A stretch of DNA of 64,000 nt from a virus. The translations under genes were made by a program, and so were the position numbers. Position 1 is the first letter of the stretch. Each line of letters opens with the position of its first letter. The notes under the pieces are model-generated. The model was not told where the DNA came from and searched no databases. It worked only from the letters and a program-made list of their open reading frames with translations. Positions 11,157 to 22,908 of this stretch are shown piece after piece. The stretch is from positions 1-64,000 of the IMG/VR virus record IMGVR_UViG_3300029258_001212. One strand, written 5' to 3'.

Positions 11157-14100
11157 GCAACGCAACCGAGATGAAGGTGGGACAGATCTGGGAAAACAAC
11201 GATCACAGGGATCACATTCGACTGAAGCGGGTGGTCCGGGTGGAGGGCACGCGAGCCTATATCACCCCCGTGGACGGTGGCCGGATGGTCCAGGTGGACT
11301 GCGAGAAATTTCTCGGGCGCCAGGGGACCAGGAGCGGCTACACGTTGGTGGGGGAATTCGATGAGTAAGGCAACCGAGATGCTGGCCGTAGAGGACGTGG
11401 TGGACGCTTTCCTGGACGGGATGCGCCGCGAGATCACCGAGTGGCTCCACACCGAGGCCGTGAACCAAGGGGACCTGATGCGAGAGCTTGGAAACCTCAA
11501 GCTGACGGTCATGTTTCGGCTGTGGGCCGGGGGATTCATGAACACGGTGCTCCTGTCCGACCGAACGGAGACCGTCTACTTGCACAAGGAGTATCCGCCG
11601 GAGACGGGTGGGAAGGAGTGAGGCGATGGACCGTCCGAGCTGGCCACTGTGGCCCGGGGCGATGAACGCGCCCCAGTGGGAGAAGCGGGAGACGACGTGG
11701 CACGGGCTCCGCCTAGAGCTCCTCAAGGACTACATCGGGTTCAACGTGAGTGTCTACCGTGGCCAGGAGCGGATCTACTTCGGCCACGGGATGAACATCC
11801 GGAGCGCGAAGTACCAAGCGGAGGGCGCGGCCAGGGATGCCCTCGAGGAAGGCAAGCCATGAGCGATCACAAGTGGACCGGACACCAGGGCAAGCCGTTG
11901 CCGAGCTCTCTTCGTGGGTTCAACTGGCTGGCTCCAGACAGCGCCCTGATGGCGCCAGGGGATGCGTGCTACGTCACAAAGATGGACCGCGTGGAAGCCA
12001 TGACGGCAAGCGGTGAGATCGTGCCAGTGGTGAGCGGCCAGGTGTGGAGCAGACACAAGAAGCGTTGCGGCGGCCAGGACGTGGTGGAGATCTGCTACGA
12101 CCGGGACACCGGGGAGCTACTCGCTACTGGGAGAGAGGCCAGCGACTACTACCTGAGACACGCCAGGGCGGCGAAGGAGCGGGGGCAGATCATTGCCTAC
12201 GCCAGCGGGGAGACGGACGGGTGGGACGCCATGCGGCTCCTCGAGGATCCGGACTACCGGGTGGCCTACGGCAGGTTCCGGCGCGGGACCGGAACGGGAG
12301 CGAAGCGATGAGCAACCGACCAAAGTGCGCGTTCACGGACTGCGACAACCCCGTGATGAAGGGCGAGACCACCGGGCGGCTCCTGTCCGTCTGCCGGGAG
12401 TGCTACGAGCGGGACCGGATGCTTGAATGGGAGCCATCTCGGGACACGCTGATCCTCTGCACGAAGCAGCGGGCCCATGGGGGCTATGCTCTGTGGTGGG
12501 GCCCGGAGGGCCGGGGCTACTACGCAGAACTCGAGGCGGCGGGGCGCTACACCATGGAGGAGGCGGAGTGGATCTGCCGCGGGATCGATGCCCACCCGGT
12601 TCCGCTTCGAGAGGCTATGGCCACGGCGGTGACCGTGGCCGACTACCCGATGCCACGCCAGGAAGGGAGCAACCGATAATGGCGATCAAGATGGTAGTGG
12701 TTTGCGACGTGTGCGGGGACGTGGGATGGAGCCAGGTGGTGACCCCGGGCCATCCGAGCCGGGCCTACGCGGCGGCCAGGGAGGCCATGGCCCTCGAGAT
12801 GAACGGCCGGCGCTGGGAGGTGGTGGACGGAAAGCTCTGTTGCTCCATCCGGTGCCGGCACGAAGCCCGGGAGCCACCCAGGTGCTCCTGCGAGCGGCCA
12901 GTGAACCCGGCGAACGACCGGCGCGGAGATGGACCCAAGTGCCTGGTGTGCGGCGGGGACATGCGGCCCCGGCTGGCCCGGGTGAAGCTGGTGGACAACA
13001 CGCTCCCAGTCGGCCACCAGAGCGAGACCAGGCGGGAAGCCTGGAAGCGGCTTCAGGAGGCCGAGCGGCTCTACAGGGCGGCCGTGGAGCGCAGCGAGGA
13101 GGCGAAGCATGGAGCGTGACAACCGAGTCCAGGAGCTCCTCGAGTCCATGCGAGGGAAGCCTTTGAACGGCATGTGCCGGGCGTGCTTCCTGGCCAATCC
13201 GGCCGTGGTGGAAGGAGATCCCCCCGTGGCCAGGTGGGAGCCCGGGGGCCAGCGGTGCCCGAGCTGCGGGGCCGAAGGGACACTCCACAGTGTGGCGGAC
13301 CCCACCTGGGAGTCCCCCACCAGCAAGATCATCCGGGAGTGCTTTACCGTCCAGCCCATGGCGGCCCCGGTGGACGGCGTGTTCTTCTACGAGCACAGGG
13401 AGCCAGAAGTCTGGGAGGATTGCATCCGGTGTCACGCCGTCAAGTCTGTAGATCCAATGACGAATCAGTGCCTCAAGTGCCTGAGACGAGACCCGAACAT
13501 GAAGGGTGGAACCGATGGGGCGAAGTAGCGGACCAGGGAGCCCTCTGAGCTTCAGGTGCTGGAAGTGCCGGCGGATGGCGGCGCGGTCCGGGAGAATCCC
13601 CGACTACCGCGGGCTGTACTCGGATGCGCGGGATAAAGGCTGGGCTGGCCGGGTGCTCCTCACCGGGAAGACTAGGCCCAACCCACCCAAGAAACATCAC
13701 GCGCGGGGAGCCCGAAGCAGCGAGCTACAGCGCGAGTACGTGTGCCTGGACTGCCAGCACGTCGGGTGGAGCGCCCACATCGACCTGGCCGGGGAGGCTA
13801 TGGCGCGGGGCGGCGCGCCAGGCGGACAGGGCAAGGAGCCATGATGAGGTACAACAGCCGAGAGGCGATTCCGAACATGGGAGTGACGGCGATGGATGCG
13901 AGGGTTGAGTGTGATTGGTGCAGCGCCTTCGTGTTGGGGGACCACGCTCCAGATGACTGGGAGGTGATACCGCCAACGCCGGGCGATTCGCTGCTCGGCA
14001 TCGCGAGCTCCCCAGGCGGCCACAAGTGCCCTGCGTGTATCAAGGCGAGCGCCGAGCGAGAGGTGCTGTCCGCTGCGAAGATGTACCCCTACGGGAGCGA

Positions 14101-17100
14101 ACTGGAACTCACCAAGGACGTGCGATGCGTCTACAGCGGGGGCGGCCTATCAGCAACTCCGGAGCGCCCCATCCGCGTCCAGACTTCGATGCGTGGGGTC
14201 AACCTGCGTGACGGGACGGCCTACCTGGAGTGGGTAGGCTTCACGTTCGGTGTGAAGCTCCTCGAGCTGTTCACCGGCGGGGTGATGGAGGTAGACCCAG
14301 ACGACCCAAGCAAGCTCACCGAGCTCAAGCTGGCGCCCAAGGAGTAGACCCATGGACTGGAGAACCGAACAGCACCAGCACCTGATGGCGGCATTCAAGC
14401 GGCTCCAGGAGGACCACCCAGCGTTCCACATGGAGCTCAAGGTGCGCCTCAAGTCCGAGTACGCAGACCCAAGGCCATCGGGGCCAGACGAGAGGGATGC
14501 GGTGTTCCGTGTCCTGGGGCATGAGCGGCGCGGTGGGCGCATCAGGGTGCGAGTGCCAGACCAGAGCCGCATTGACCAGGTGGGCCTAGTCTACATGCGG
14601 TTCTATGATGGCTGGCGAACCAGGGACCACGTGCGGATCGATGGTATCGGAGACAAGGATGGGGTCTACCGGGTGTTGGGAGCTGGGCCTCACGACGAAC
14701 TTCTACTCGAGGCCATTGACTCCACCGAGCCCACCCATGGGGACACCCCATGAGCAACCCTGACTACAGCCAGGAGACGTGCCTCGGGTGCGTCCACTAC
14801 AGCCCCGCCTGGCCCGAGTGGGCCCGGGCGCGGGTGGACAATCAACTATACCAGCCGTGCCAGGCGCCCCTTCCAGAGCGCCCCAGCACAGACCTGGAAG
14901 ACGAGGCGTTCGATGAGGCCATGGTGGCCTGGGATGACCAGGTGGAGGCCATCAGCGGGGCAGGCCCGGGCTACAAGTGCGACCGGTTCCAGCCTACCCT
15001 CGAGTGCCGTGCGGTCCGGGCATCAGAAGAACGGAACGAAGCCCTCGCCGGGATCCAATGGGAACTCCAGGTCCGGCGTGAAGAGTACAGGTGAACCATG
15101 AGAGAGCCACTACACGATGCGGTGCTCGGGGCCTTGGAGCGGATGCAGGGCTACGCCAGGAACTGGGGCGATGGCCACCTGCCCAGCCGGAGAACGATCC
15201 AGGGCTGGGCCGCGTTGCTCAGGGCTGGCCTGGAGCAGTCAACGCTACAAGAGGACGTGAGGCGCCTCGAGGCCGAAAGGGACAGGGCGCGGGCCGCGAA
15301 CGAGCGAGACCGATCCCTGGTAGCCGAAGCGGTATCAGCGGCGCGCAAGGTGATCAAGTCCTACGGCTGGGCAACCGAGAGCAGGGGGCCGTACTCCTGG
15401 GATGATGACGAGTACATGGCAGAATTCGGGCGCTGCCTCACGGCGCTCGAGGCCCCACTTTCGCGCCTGGACAGCGTGATCAAGGACCTATCCGACTGTC
15501 CGCAGACGCAAGCCGAAGTGATCGCAGCTCGGCTCGGAGAACAACCATGAGACGACACCCCAAGCGAGCCCGGTGCTGCCCGAAGGGCGGGGACTACATC
15601 CGATGGATGACCGCGGGCGAAGCTGATGACGACGTGGACGGCTACTACATCTCCCTCCACTGCGGCTACCCGGACCCGGTGTACGAGCTGGTGACAGTGT
15701 GCCCGTTTTGCGGCGCTTCAGTGGACGTGAAGGACACCGGGACCGTGCCATGCGAGGCGTGTGCCAGCAAGGACACCTACACCGAGGTGACTGTCCCCAG
15801 GCGCGTCGGGAACGCCCAGCTCAAGGGCGGGACCCTGGTGGCGTGCCGAGAGTGCGGCTACGTGCGCCACAGGCCCTGGGGATGGCCGGCGCGGGCCGGG
15901 GAGGCAGGCCAGTGACACCTACTGACACCAGGCCCCCATGGGAGCCCCCGACCCCAGTGATGTGCTGTCCGCATTGCTTCAAGCCGGTGGTCTGGCGCAC
16001 GGACTTGGCCACCTATGAGACCATCCTGGAGTGCTCTGAGGAGCCAGAGGAACACATGGTGATCCGGTTCAGTGCAGACCTACCGCGGGCGGCTCGGGCG
16101 GAGCTGTACCACCGGTGGGAGCTCGAGATGGTCCGCGTGGGCATGGCCTGGCTGGACCACCTGGTGGCCGAGCGGCGGGGTGCGGAGGAAGGAGAACCAT
16201 GCGAGTAGACAAGCCAACCAGGGACGCCATCAGGGAGCGCATCACGAAGCTCCGGCCGGGGACCAGGAGAGTCCGCATCAGCTTGGACACCATGCTGGCC
16301 ATGCTGGACGACCTGGACGACTACCAGGAGCGTAGCCGGTTCATGCGGCGCGAGCCGCCGGACGGAAGGCTACGGCCGATGGTGATCCAGGGCCCAATGG
16401 ACGGGCGAGGCCGTGGGAGCAAACCCCTGGCCACAGTCAGCACCAGCAGTCCCCGGGGGCCTGGCCGGCGCGGGGCCGGGGACTAGAACCCATGTTCAGG
16501 AGTACATTCTGCCGAGCCATCCTGGGTGACTTCCAGTGGTACAGGCGCTGGTACGGCGGGGTGTGGGAGCTCTGGTGGGTGGACTATCCGGTCTGCACAG
16601 CCGTCTGGCACGACGTACCAGAGCCCACCGGGCGGGGGCCAAGGCCAACTCCACTATGCCGGGGGACCCCGGTGGTGGAAGACTACAGGAGATGACCCAT
16701 GGAATGGGTAGACGAATCATCGTACAGCCGGGGGCAGCGTGGCGAGGTGGAGCCCAGCGTCTGGGAGCTCAAGGGAGCGCCAGGAAGGCTGACCGTTCAC
16801 CGCTACATCGGCCTGGAAGGCTGGTTTGTGACGTGCCGGGACCTGGATCTGGAGCGCCATGAGCTCAGGGCGCGGGGCGCGGAGGAAGCGAAGCAGGAGG
16901 CCCTGGACCTGGCCCTGGACACCATCACCAGGAAGGCAGCGGCATGGCAGCGATGCCTGGCCAGCGGGTGACCCATGGGACGAATCTACGCCACCAGGGA
17001 GGATACGGGGGAGCGGGTGCTCCTCGAGCTCGAGTGCGATGGGTGCGGGGCGACTATCAAGCCCCACCCGGAGATCTCTTCCTCGGGCTGGGTGAAGCAC

Positions 17101-17174
17101 GCGGTGGGCACCACGTCGGTGGGCACCATGGAGTGGTACTACTGCCCGGAGTGCGCCCGGGCGCGGGGGCTCGG

Positions 17175-17465
17175 ATGAGCAACGGACACCAGCCCAAGGG
17201 GCCGTCCACCACGCCGCCAAAGGGATGGTGCCCCAACCCGGGTGGGACCGGCGTGCTATCGCCGGGGGACCAGGTGGCCAAGGGGAAGCGCCCCAGGAAG
17301 GTCCGGGTGGCCGTGACGCTGGACCCGGAGCTCCTCGAGCTGGTGGACCGCTACCAGGTGACCCTACAGCGGGAGCTGCCCCCAGGCGTCCAGACCAGCC
17401 GTTCCCAGGCGTTCGGTGTGCTCATCTACAAGGGCCTCGAGGCGGCCGGGGAAGAGACCCCATGA
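17175..17465 (+). CDS. Ribbon-helix-helix DNA-binding protein
   Basis: KVRVAVTLDPELLELVDRY...SRSQAF. Confidence 0.6.
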   Translation: MSNGHQPKGPSTTPPKGWCPNPGGTGVLSPGDQVAKGKRPRKVRVAVTLDPELLELVDRYQVTLQRELPPGVQTSRSQAFGVLIYKGLEAAGEETP

Positions 17466-18294
17466 GCTATCGCACCAGCACCAGGAGCAACGGGGACGGA
17501 ACCGAGACCACGGCCACCAGGTGGGTCGGGTGGACTCCATGGGACACGGTGGCCACGGTGCTCTGGCTGGGCTACCTGGGGGCCGTCCTGGCCACGGTGC
17601 TTTGGTGACCGTGGTGGCCGTGGTGGAGCCCGAGTGGATCGGCGGGGGACTGATCGAAGTAACCGAAGAGGACGTGCTACAGGGGGCCGTCCAGGTGGAC
17701 TGCCCGGACTGCTACGGGTGCGGTCTGATCCCTTGGCTGCCATGGGGCGCGGTAGAGGAGTGCGTGGTGTGCAAGGGCACCGGGCGCGTCTACCTGGGCC
17801 TGTAGCCCACTGTGGCAACTGATATACACCCCACTGCTACACGTTGGCCGGGACACGAAGGAAACGTCCAGAGTAACCAGGGTGGCGCGGGCGAATCGGC
17901 GGGGACTAGATCCCAAGAACAATACCAGCTATCCTAGAACCATCATGCAGAGCACAGTAGGCACCACCAGCTACAGCTCCACCTTGAGCTCAAGCTCCAC
18001 CTCGAGCCCAGCTACGCCGCCCATGCTGCCCATGCCTACAGCTATGCCTACGCTCTCCCCTTGCCTACAGCTACACCTAACGCCTAACAACCTGCCGCAA
18101 CTGCTATCGTTTCCAGATGACCCCGAGCGTGTTTACAGGGTACGAGATCACCGTAAACCCCCGTTTTCACGTCCTACACCCCCTTTTTTTTACGCACGCT
18201 CTCCCGCGCGGGGCCCGGATTCGAATCCCAGATCTGGATCCAGAGGCGCACGTGCGTGCGGGCAGATTCGAATCAGATCCAGTAGGAGGCCCCC

Positions 18295-19125
18295 ATGGTG
18301 ACCATCAGCGACAGAGCGGACGAGGCCCCGAGGCGGCGCGGCCCGGAGCCGGGCCAGCGGATCCGCCAGCTACCGATCCTCCCGGACATTGTGGAGTGGA
18401 TCCGCGAGGGCTACCCGGCGGCGGAGGTGGCCAGGCGGATCCACGCTAACGGCTTCCTCGAGGACGTGGCCCATGACCTGCTACGCCAGGAGATCTCACG
18501 CTACGCCAAGGCGGCCCTCGCCCCCGCGGAGGTGATGAACCCCACCCAGATGAGCGCCATGCAGGTGCGCGCCGCGGGGGCCCTCGAGACGGCCCTGGGG
18601 GAGCTGGTGGAGCTCGGGGAGCTCTACCGCGTTGAAAAAGCTCTGCTATGCGAGGCCACCGGCGTGGCGCCCAGCCCGGGCACCGTGGGCGCGGAGGAGC
18701 TCAGGGACGCGCCCCAGGTGGCGCTACCCAGCCCAGGCGAGGGGGGCCTGGACGGGGACACCGAGCCCACCCAGGCGGGGACTACCAACCCCGGGGTGAG
18801 GCCCAAGACGTTCCGGGACGTGCGCGAGCTCATGGGCGAGATGCGCCAGACCCTGCGTGTCCACGGGGGCCTACGCGAGCGCCTCGGTGGGCTCGGGGGC
18901 GGCCCCGAGGAGCAGCGGGCCACCCTCGAGGAGCGCCTGGCCGGGGTAGTCAAGGGGCGCTTCGCCGGGCGCCAGGACGTTCAGGAGGCCCTCCTGGACC
19001 CCAGGCGGCGCACCAAGGTGCTCGGGGTGCTCCACCGGTTCCTCACCAGCCAGCGGAGCCAGGATGCAGCGGCGGCCAGCTTGGCCGGGGAGCTGGTGGC
19101 CTTCAGTGATGACGAGCCCGAGTAG
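18295..19125 (+). CDS. HTH-containing protein, possibly small terminase-like
   Basis: RBS AGGAGG; N-terminal IRQLP...IVEWIREGYPAAEVARRI helix-turn-helix followed by helical region; lies in a repeat-rich island. The terS role is inference only. Confidence 0.35.
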   Translation: MVTISDRADEAPRRRGPEPGQRIRQLPILPDIVEWIREGYPAAEVARRIHANGFLEDVAHDLLRQEISRYAKAALAPAEVMNPTQMSAMQVRAAGALETALGELVELGELYRVEKALLCEATGVAPSPGTVGAEELRDAPQVALPSPGEGGLDGDTEPTQAGTTNPGVRPKTFRDVRELMGEMRQTLRVHGGLRERLGGLGGGPEEQRATLEERLAGVVKGRFAGRQDVQEALLDPRRRTKVLGVLHRFLTSQRSQDAAAASLAGELVAFSDDEPE

Positions 19126-19130
19126 CCTTC

Positions 19131-19336
19131 CACGAAATCATTAAGGAAAGAACGAAAATCACGGGCCTGGGAGCGCCGGGGGCCGGAAGCGCCTGACGGA
19201 ATCATTGCGTTTTTCGGTGCAGCGGGACGCCTCGAGGGGGGCCACCGGGGGCCACCGGGGCCTCGAGGGGCCGAAACCGGGGGTAGCCCGTCACGGAATC
19301 ATTGACGAAAGAACGAAAATCACGGGCCTGGGAGCG
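19131..19336. repeat. 45 bp direct repeat pair (19131-19175, 19292-19336) plus partial copy 19196-19207
   Basis: CACGRAATCATTRASGAAAGAACGAAAATCACGGGCCTGGGAGCG, 42/45 identical. Confidence 0.9.
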
Positions 19337-19490
19337 ATGCTCTCCGGGTGCGACGGGGCTTGCCCAGGGGATCGCCCTGGTGTAGCCTGTAGGCCACCCT
19401 GGAGCCCGAAGCGGGGCGGCGGCGGGCCGGGGGAAGGGAGCTCAGGCGGGGCACCTACACAGGGCGCCAGACGCCAGGGAGGTTGAGCAG

Positions 19491-20039
19491 ATGGATTCGA
19501 TGAGACTCAAGGACGGAACCGAGGTGGGCTTGCCGGGGGGCCTGATAGGACTGGACGCAAAGGGGCAGCTCTGGGCGAGCCAGATGGAGGAGCCGTTGCC
19601 CTTGGCGGAGGGTGACCTGGAAGGGTTCCTCGGTGGCCAGGCGGCCCGGGTGGGCCAGGCGATGGCCTACCAGGCGGAGCGGGTAGCGGCGTTGGCGCGG
19701 GGGGCTCACCCGGACGTGGTGATGGACCCAGCGGTCTACCACCGGGGTGGCCAGATGATCATTCCCGCGGTCCAGGTGGGCCAGGTGCAGCTCCGGTTGG
19801 ACGTGCCCCACGGCGTGCTGGCCATCGGTCCCGAGCTGGACGTGTGGCGCCCCGTGGAGAGCCGGCTCCTGTGGAGCCCCACCGATGCGTCCCCCTACAC
19901 GGGTGGCCAGGCGGCTGAGCTGGTCATGGAGGCGGCCAGGCGGTGGCACGGCTTCGTGGAGGAGCAGCTCCGGCTGTGGTGCGCCCCGATGGCTCCCCGC
20001 AATCCGCCCCGGGTCCCCGGCGACTTCCCCGTGAGCTGA
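19491..20039 (+). CDS. Hypothetical protein
   Basis: RBS GGAGG, phage-like codon usage. Confidence 0.65.
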   Translation: MDSMRLKDGTEVGLPGGLIGLDAKGQLWASQMEEPLPLAEGDLEGFLGGQAARVGQAMAYQAERVAALARGAHPDVVMDPAVYHRGGQMIIPAVQVGQVQLRLDVPHGVLAIGPELDVWRPVESRLLWSPTDASPYTGGQAAELVMEAARRWHGFVEEQLRLWCAPMAPRNPPRVPGDFPVS

Positions 20040-20807
20040 CCGTTCCGGGCGCGCATCCCTCGCGCCCCTGTCCCGGCCCGGGCCCGCCCCGGGCGTCTCC
20101 ACCTCGAGTTCCCCGAACGTGAGTGCAGCGGGCCCCGGCCCGGGCGGCGCCTCGCCGTTGTGGATCTGGGTCCGGCCACCGGGGGGGGGAGTGGATCCGA
20201 CCGGGCTCTGCCCGGGGGCGCCTCGAGGCCACCGGCCCCGGCGGAGCGGAGCGCCTCGCCGTGTGGATCCGACTGTGGATCCGACCCCCGGGGGTGGAGG
20301 GGGGGGTATTCCGGAGGGATCCAGTCAAGAAAGTGGATTCGAATCCGGTTCCGGAGACCCCGTGCGGACCCCTCTCACATTGGGGGAGTGTTTTTTCCCC
20401 AGAGGGTGTGACGCACGTGCGTGCGGACGGGGTGAACGCGAGTGCGGGGCGCTGGTGCGATGCGCTGGTGCGGGGGAAGTGCGGGGGAAAGTCTTGGGAG
20501 TGCGGCGGAAGGTGCGGTGGAAGGTCTGGGGCGTTTCGGGGTTGCTTGTCCAGGTGAGGTGCGAGCGAAGCGAGCGGTAGGTTTCGGGGTACTGGGATGG
20601 GGTTGTGGGCGAGCGTTCTGGTGGAGCTGTGGAAAGCGTGGGGGTAAGCGTAGGAGAGCCGATGAGCGTGTCCAAGCGTGGGGGGAAGCGTGGGGGGGTA
20701 CGCCGGCCTGGTGGCCGGAGCTGTGGACGAGCCCCCGCGCCTCGCCGCGAAAAAATTGGACCGAAACGGCAACATCTGGTCTGTGGCGCCCATTAGGTAG
20801 GTAGGAG

Positions 20808-20993
20808 GTGAGCGACATGGGAGAGCTGGTGGTGCTGTCATGGGAGCGGCTGGCGCGGGAAGTGCGGCGGGAGATGGAGTTGGTGGAGCCGGTGGCCGGT
20901 CCGTTCGGGTGGAGTCCGCGGGCCCCGCGGCTGGACGAGTTGGACGGCGATACAGACTGGATACAGGACCCGTACAGTCTGGATACAGAGTGA
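20808..20993 (+). CDS. Small acidic hypothetical protein
   Basis: RBS AGGAGG upstream. Confidence 0.45.
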   Translation: MSDMGELVVLSWERLAREVRREMELVEPVAGPFGWSPRAPRLDELDGDTDWIQDPYSLDTE

Positions 20994-21167
20994 TGTGCTC
21001 CTGGCCGGAGGGGCGCTTCCCCGGGGACGGGGAGGAGGAGGGCCACACCTGGTCCCCCTGAGAGCGCCCCGGAGGCCCGCGCACAAAGTTGCCGGTGTGT
21101 CAGTGACCTTGGCGGTGCCCCGAGGTGCCCCTGGGCGCGCCCCCGAGGTTACCGGTGGGGTCACCTG

Positions 21168-21176
21168 TGCTATGGT
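21168..21176 (+). promoter_or_regulatory. Extended -10-like promoter (TGnTAnnnT)
   Basis: TGCTATGGT 18 nt before ATG 21194; similar motifs at 21951, 38739, 39269. Confidence 0.4.
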
Positions 21177-21193
21177 GGAGCCCGGAGGTGAGC

Positions 21194-21772
21194 ATGAGCA
21201 CCATGGACGAGCTCCTCGAGGGCATTCGGCGCGAGGCGGGGCTGGTGGAGGCCAAGGCCACGCGGGAGGAGAAGCTCGCGGCGTGGCGCGCGGGAGCGCG
21301 TGAGCGGGCGCCCGGGGTGGTGCGCGCCATCCGGAGGCACCTAGCTGGGATGGAGTCGTGGTCCGGCTCGCGGTCTCTGGGAAGCGCCATTGTGAGCAAG
21401 GCCGGGGCGAAGCCAGCATTCCAACTGGTGAGCGATGGCCGTGGGTGGGAGGCGGACCATCGTGGCGTGCAACAGCTCCGGCACCCGGCCGTGGCCCACC
21501 TCACGGACCTGGACCGCTACCTGCACCATCAGGACTTTGCCGAGAGCCCCACCGGTGGCGCGTTCGGTTACCTTCGGTTCAACCGGGACGGCGTGGTCTA
21601 CTACTCGGAGGCCATCGGTGGCCGTGGGGGGCCCCTGGTGGTGAGCGTGTGGGGCCCTGGTGACGCTGACCCGCCCACCGTGGCCCGGCGCCTCGGGGCA
21701 TCCGCGGGCTCGGTGGAGGACACCCTGAGAGCGTGGATTCCCGGGAGCAAGAAGCGGCCCTGGCGGACCTGA
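21194..21772 (+). CDS. Putative capsid-internal cargo protein with leader
   Basis: MSTMDELLEGIRREAGLVE|AKA. Confidence 0.7.
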   Translation: MSTMDELLEGIRREAGLVEAKATREEKLAAWRAGARERAPGVVRAIRRHLAGMESWSGSRSLGSAIVSKAGAKPAFQLVSDGRGWEADHRGVQQLRHPAVAHLTDLDRYLHHQDFAESPTGGAFGYLRFNRDGVVYYSEAIGGRGGPLVVSVWGPGDADPPTVARRLGASAGSVEDTLRAWIPGSKKRPWRT

Positions 21773-21985
21773 CACTCGCCCCCGCGAAAAATGCGGATCG
21801 AATGGCTCAGGTTTTTCCGGCGGCAAAAAATCGTAAACCGGGTCCAAGTGTGCGGGCGGCGGCTCGGCCTGCCAGGTGTCGAGTTGATTCGAATCCGTGG
21901 CCAGGTGTCCGTGATGTAGGACACGAAGGCTTCCCCGTTGGGATCGCCTCTGGTATGGTAATGGGCAATCCCGAGGAGGAAGTCC

Positions 21986-22591
21986 ATGAGCCAGAATCTG
22001 ATCGAATCCATCCGGAGCCAGGCGGGCTTGAGCGAAGCCAAGGGCCTCACCGAAAGCGCCGGCAGGAGCATTGCCAGGAAGCTGGCAACCATTGGCGCTG
22101 GCGCCCTGGACGGCGCAGCCAAGAAGATGGGCCTCAAGCTGTCCCCCGGGCAGCTTGGGAAAATCTTTCAGGCCACCATGGCTGCCGTGATGCAAGAGTT
22201 ACCAGCAGCGGCCGGGCGCTCAGTGGGGACATTCCGCGAGGGTGTGGACACCGAGCTCGAGGCGGACCTGGTGGAAGATGTGCGCCAGGCGGCGGGGCTC
22301 ATCGAGGCGATGGCCAGCCACAACAAGGAGGGCCTCAAGTTCACCATTCAGACCGCCAGCGGCAAGAAGTACACCGGCATGGTCCAGGGCTCCGGTGGCA
22401 CGATCAAGGAGCTCAAGCGCCTCAAGGCTGCCATCCGCATGGCCACCGATGGGCAGGACTTCGAGGACCGACTGAACATCTATTCGCCCAAACCGCTGCA
22501 CGTGAAGGTCTACCGCGGCTCGGACACCGGCTACGGTTCCAAGTTCGACGTGGTGAACCTCGCTGGCGCGAAGATCCTCGCCGCGAAGTAG
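21986..22591 (+). CDS. Putative capsid-internal cargo protein, two modules
   Basis: MSQNLIESIRSQAGLSE|AKGLTE|S and internal DLVEDVRQAAGLIE|A. Confidence 0.75.
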   Translation: MSQNLIESIRSQAGLSEAKGLTESAGRSIARKLATIGAGALDGAAKKMGLKLSPGQLGKIFQATMAAVMQELPAAAGRSVGTFREGVDTELEADLVEDVRQAAGLIEAMASHNKEGLKFTIQTASGKKYTGMVQGSGGTIKELKRLKAAIRMATDGQDFEDRLNIYSPKPLHVKVYRGSDTGYGSKFDVVNLAGAKILAAK

Positions 22592-22598
22592 GAGCGCC

Positions 22599-22898
22599 AT
22601 GAACATCACCGAGGAGATTCGCCGGGCAGCCGGACTCGAGGAGAGCGACTCGTTTCCGGACCAGCGCCGGGACCAGTGGGACGAGACGATCAACAAGCTG
22701 GTCACCGTCAACCTCCCCGCGGCCGTCAAGAACCTCACCGCAAGCCACAAGGCTCTCATGGCCAAGCTGGCGCAGTCCGGCTACGGCACCCCCGACTCGC
22801 AAAAGGCGATCAAGGACGTGTTCAACCAGGCAAACAACGCCATCAGGAAGCTGTCCAACACGGCGGCTCGGATGGAGGCCCTGGCGAAAAAGAAGTAG
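22599..22898 (+). CDS. Putative capsid-internal cargo protein
   Basis: MNITEEIRRAAGLEE|S followed by a basic helical domain. Confidence 0.75.
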   Translation: MNITEEIRRAAGLEESDSFPDQRRDQWDETINKLVTVNLPAAVKNLTASHKALMAKLAQSGYGTPDSQKAIKDVFNQANNAIRKLSNTAARMEALAKKK

Positions 22899-22908
22899 GA
22901 GCTCACCC

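Larger units (their letters stand above)
55..17805 (+). other. Phage accessory/early gene cluster: ~50 small overlapping ORFs, many zinc-ribbon proteins
   Basis: Continuous + strand chain with ATGA/GTGA/TGATG overlaps and GGAG RBSs. ORFs not listed separately: 543-809, 817-1029, 1382-1612, 1645-1959, 1961-2131, 2119-2655, 2639-2812, 2809-3000, 2993-3103, 3108-3425, 3756-3893, 3890-4123, 4120-4335, 4326-4628, 4618-4884, 4881-5243, 5237-5734, 5731-5919, 5919-6152, 6149-6505, 8291-8719, 9147-9419, 9394-9660, 10145-10444, 11153-11368, 11361-11621, 11626-11862, 11859-12311, 12308-12679, 12679-13119, 13109-13528, 13515-13844, 13841-14347, 14352-14753, 14750-15094, 15098-15550, 15547-15915, 15912-16208, 16199-16486, 16492-16695, 16699-16971, 16975-17178, 17462-17608, 17605-17805. 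Confidence 0.8.

Noticed and set aside
17882-21084. ORFs called across the repeat island (17882-18301, 19924-21084, 20119-20580, 20375-21046 and others)
   Set aside because: Low-complexity translations of skewed non-coding DNA, without RBS or typical codon usage
18217-21895. TTCGAATCC strings resembling tRNA T-loops
   Set aside because: The context is the palindrome GATTCGAATC, not GGTTCGAATCC, and no cloverleaf is visible
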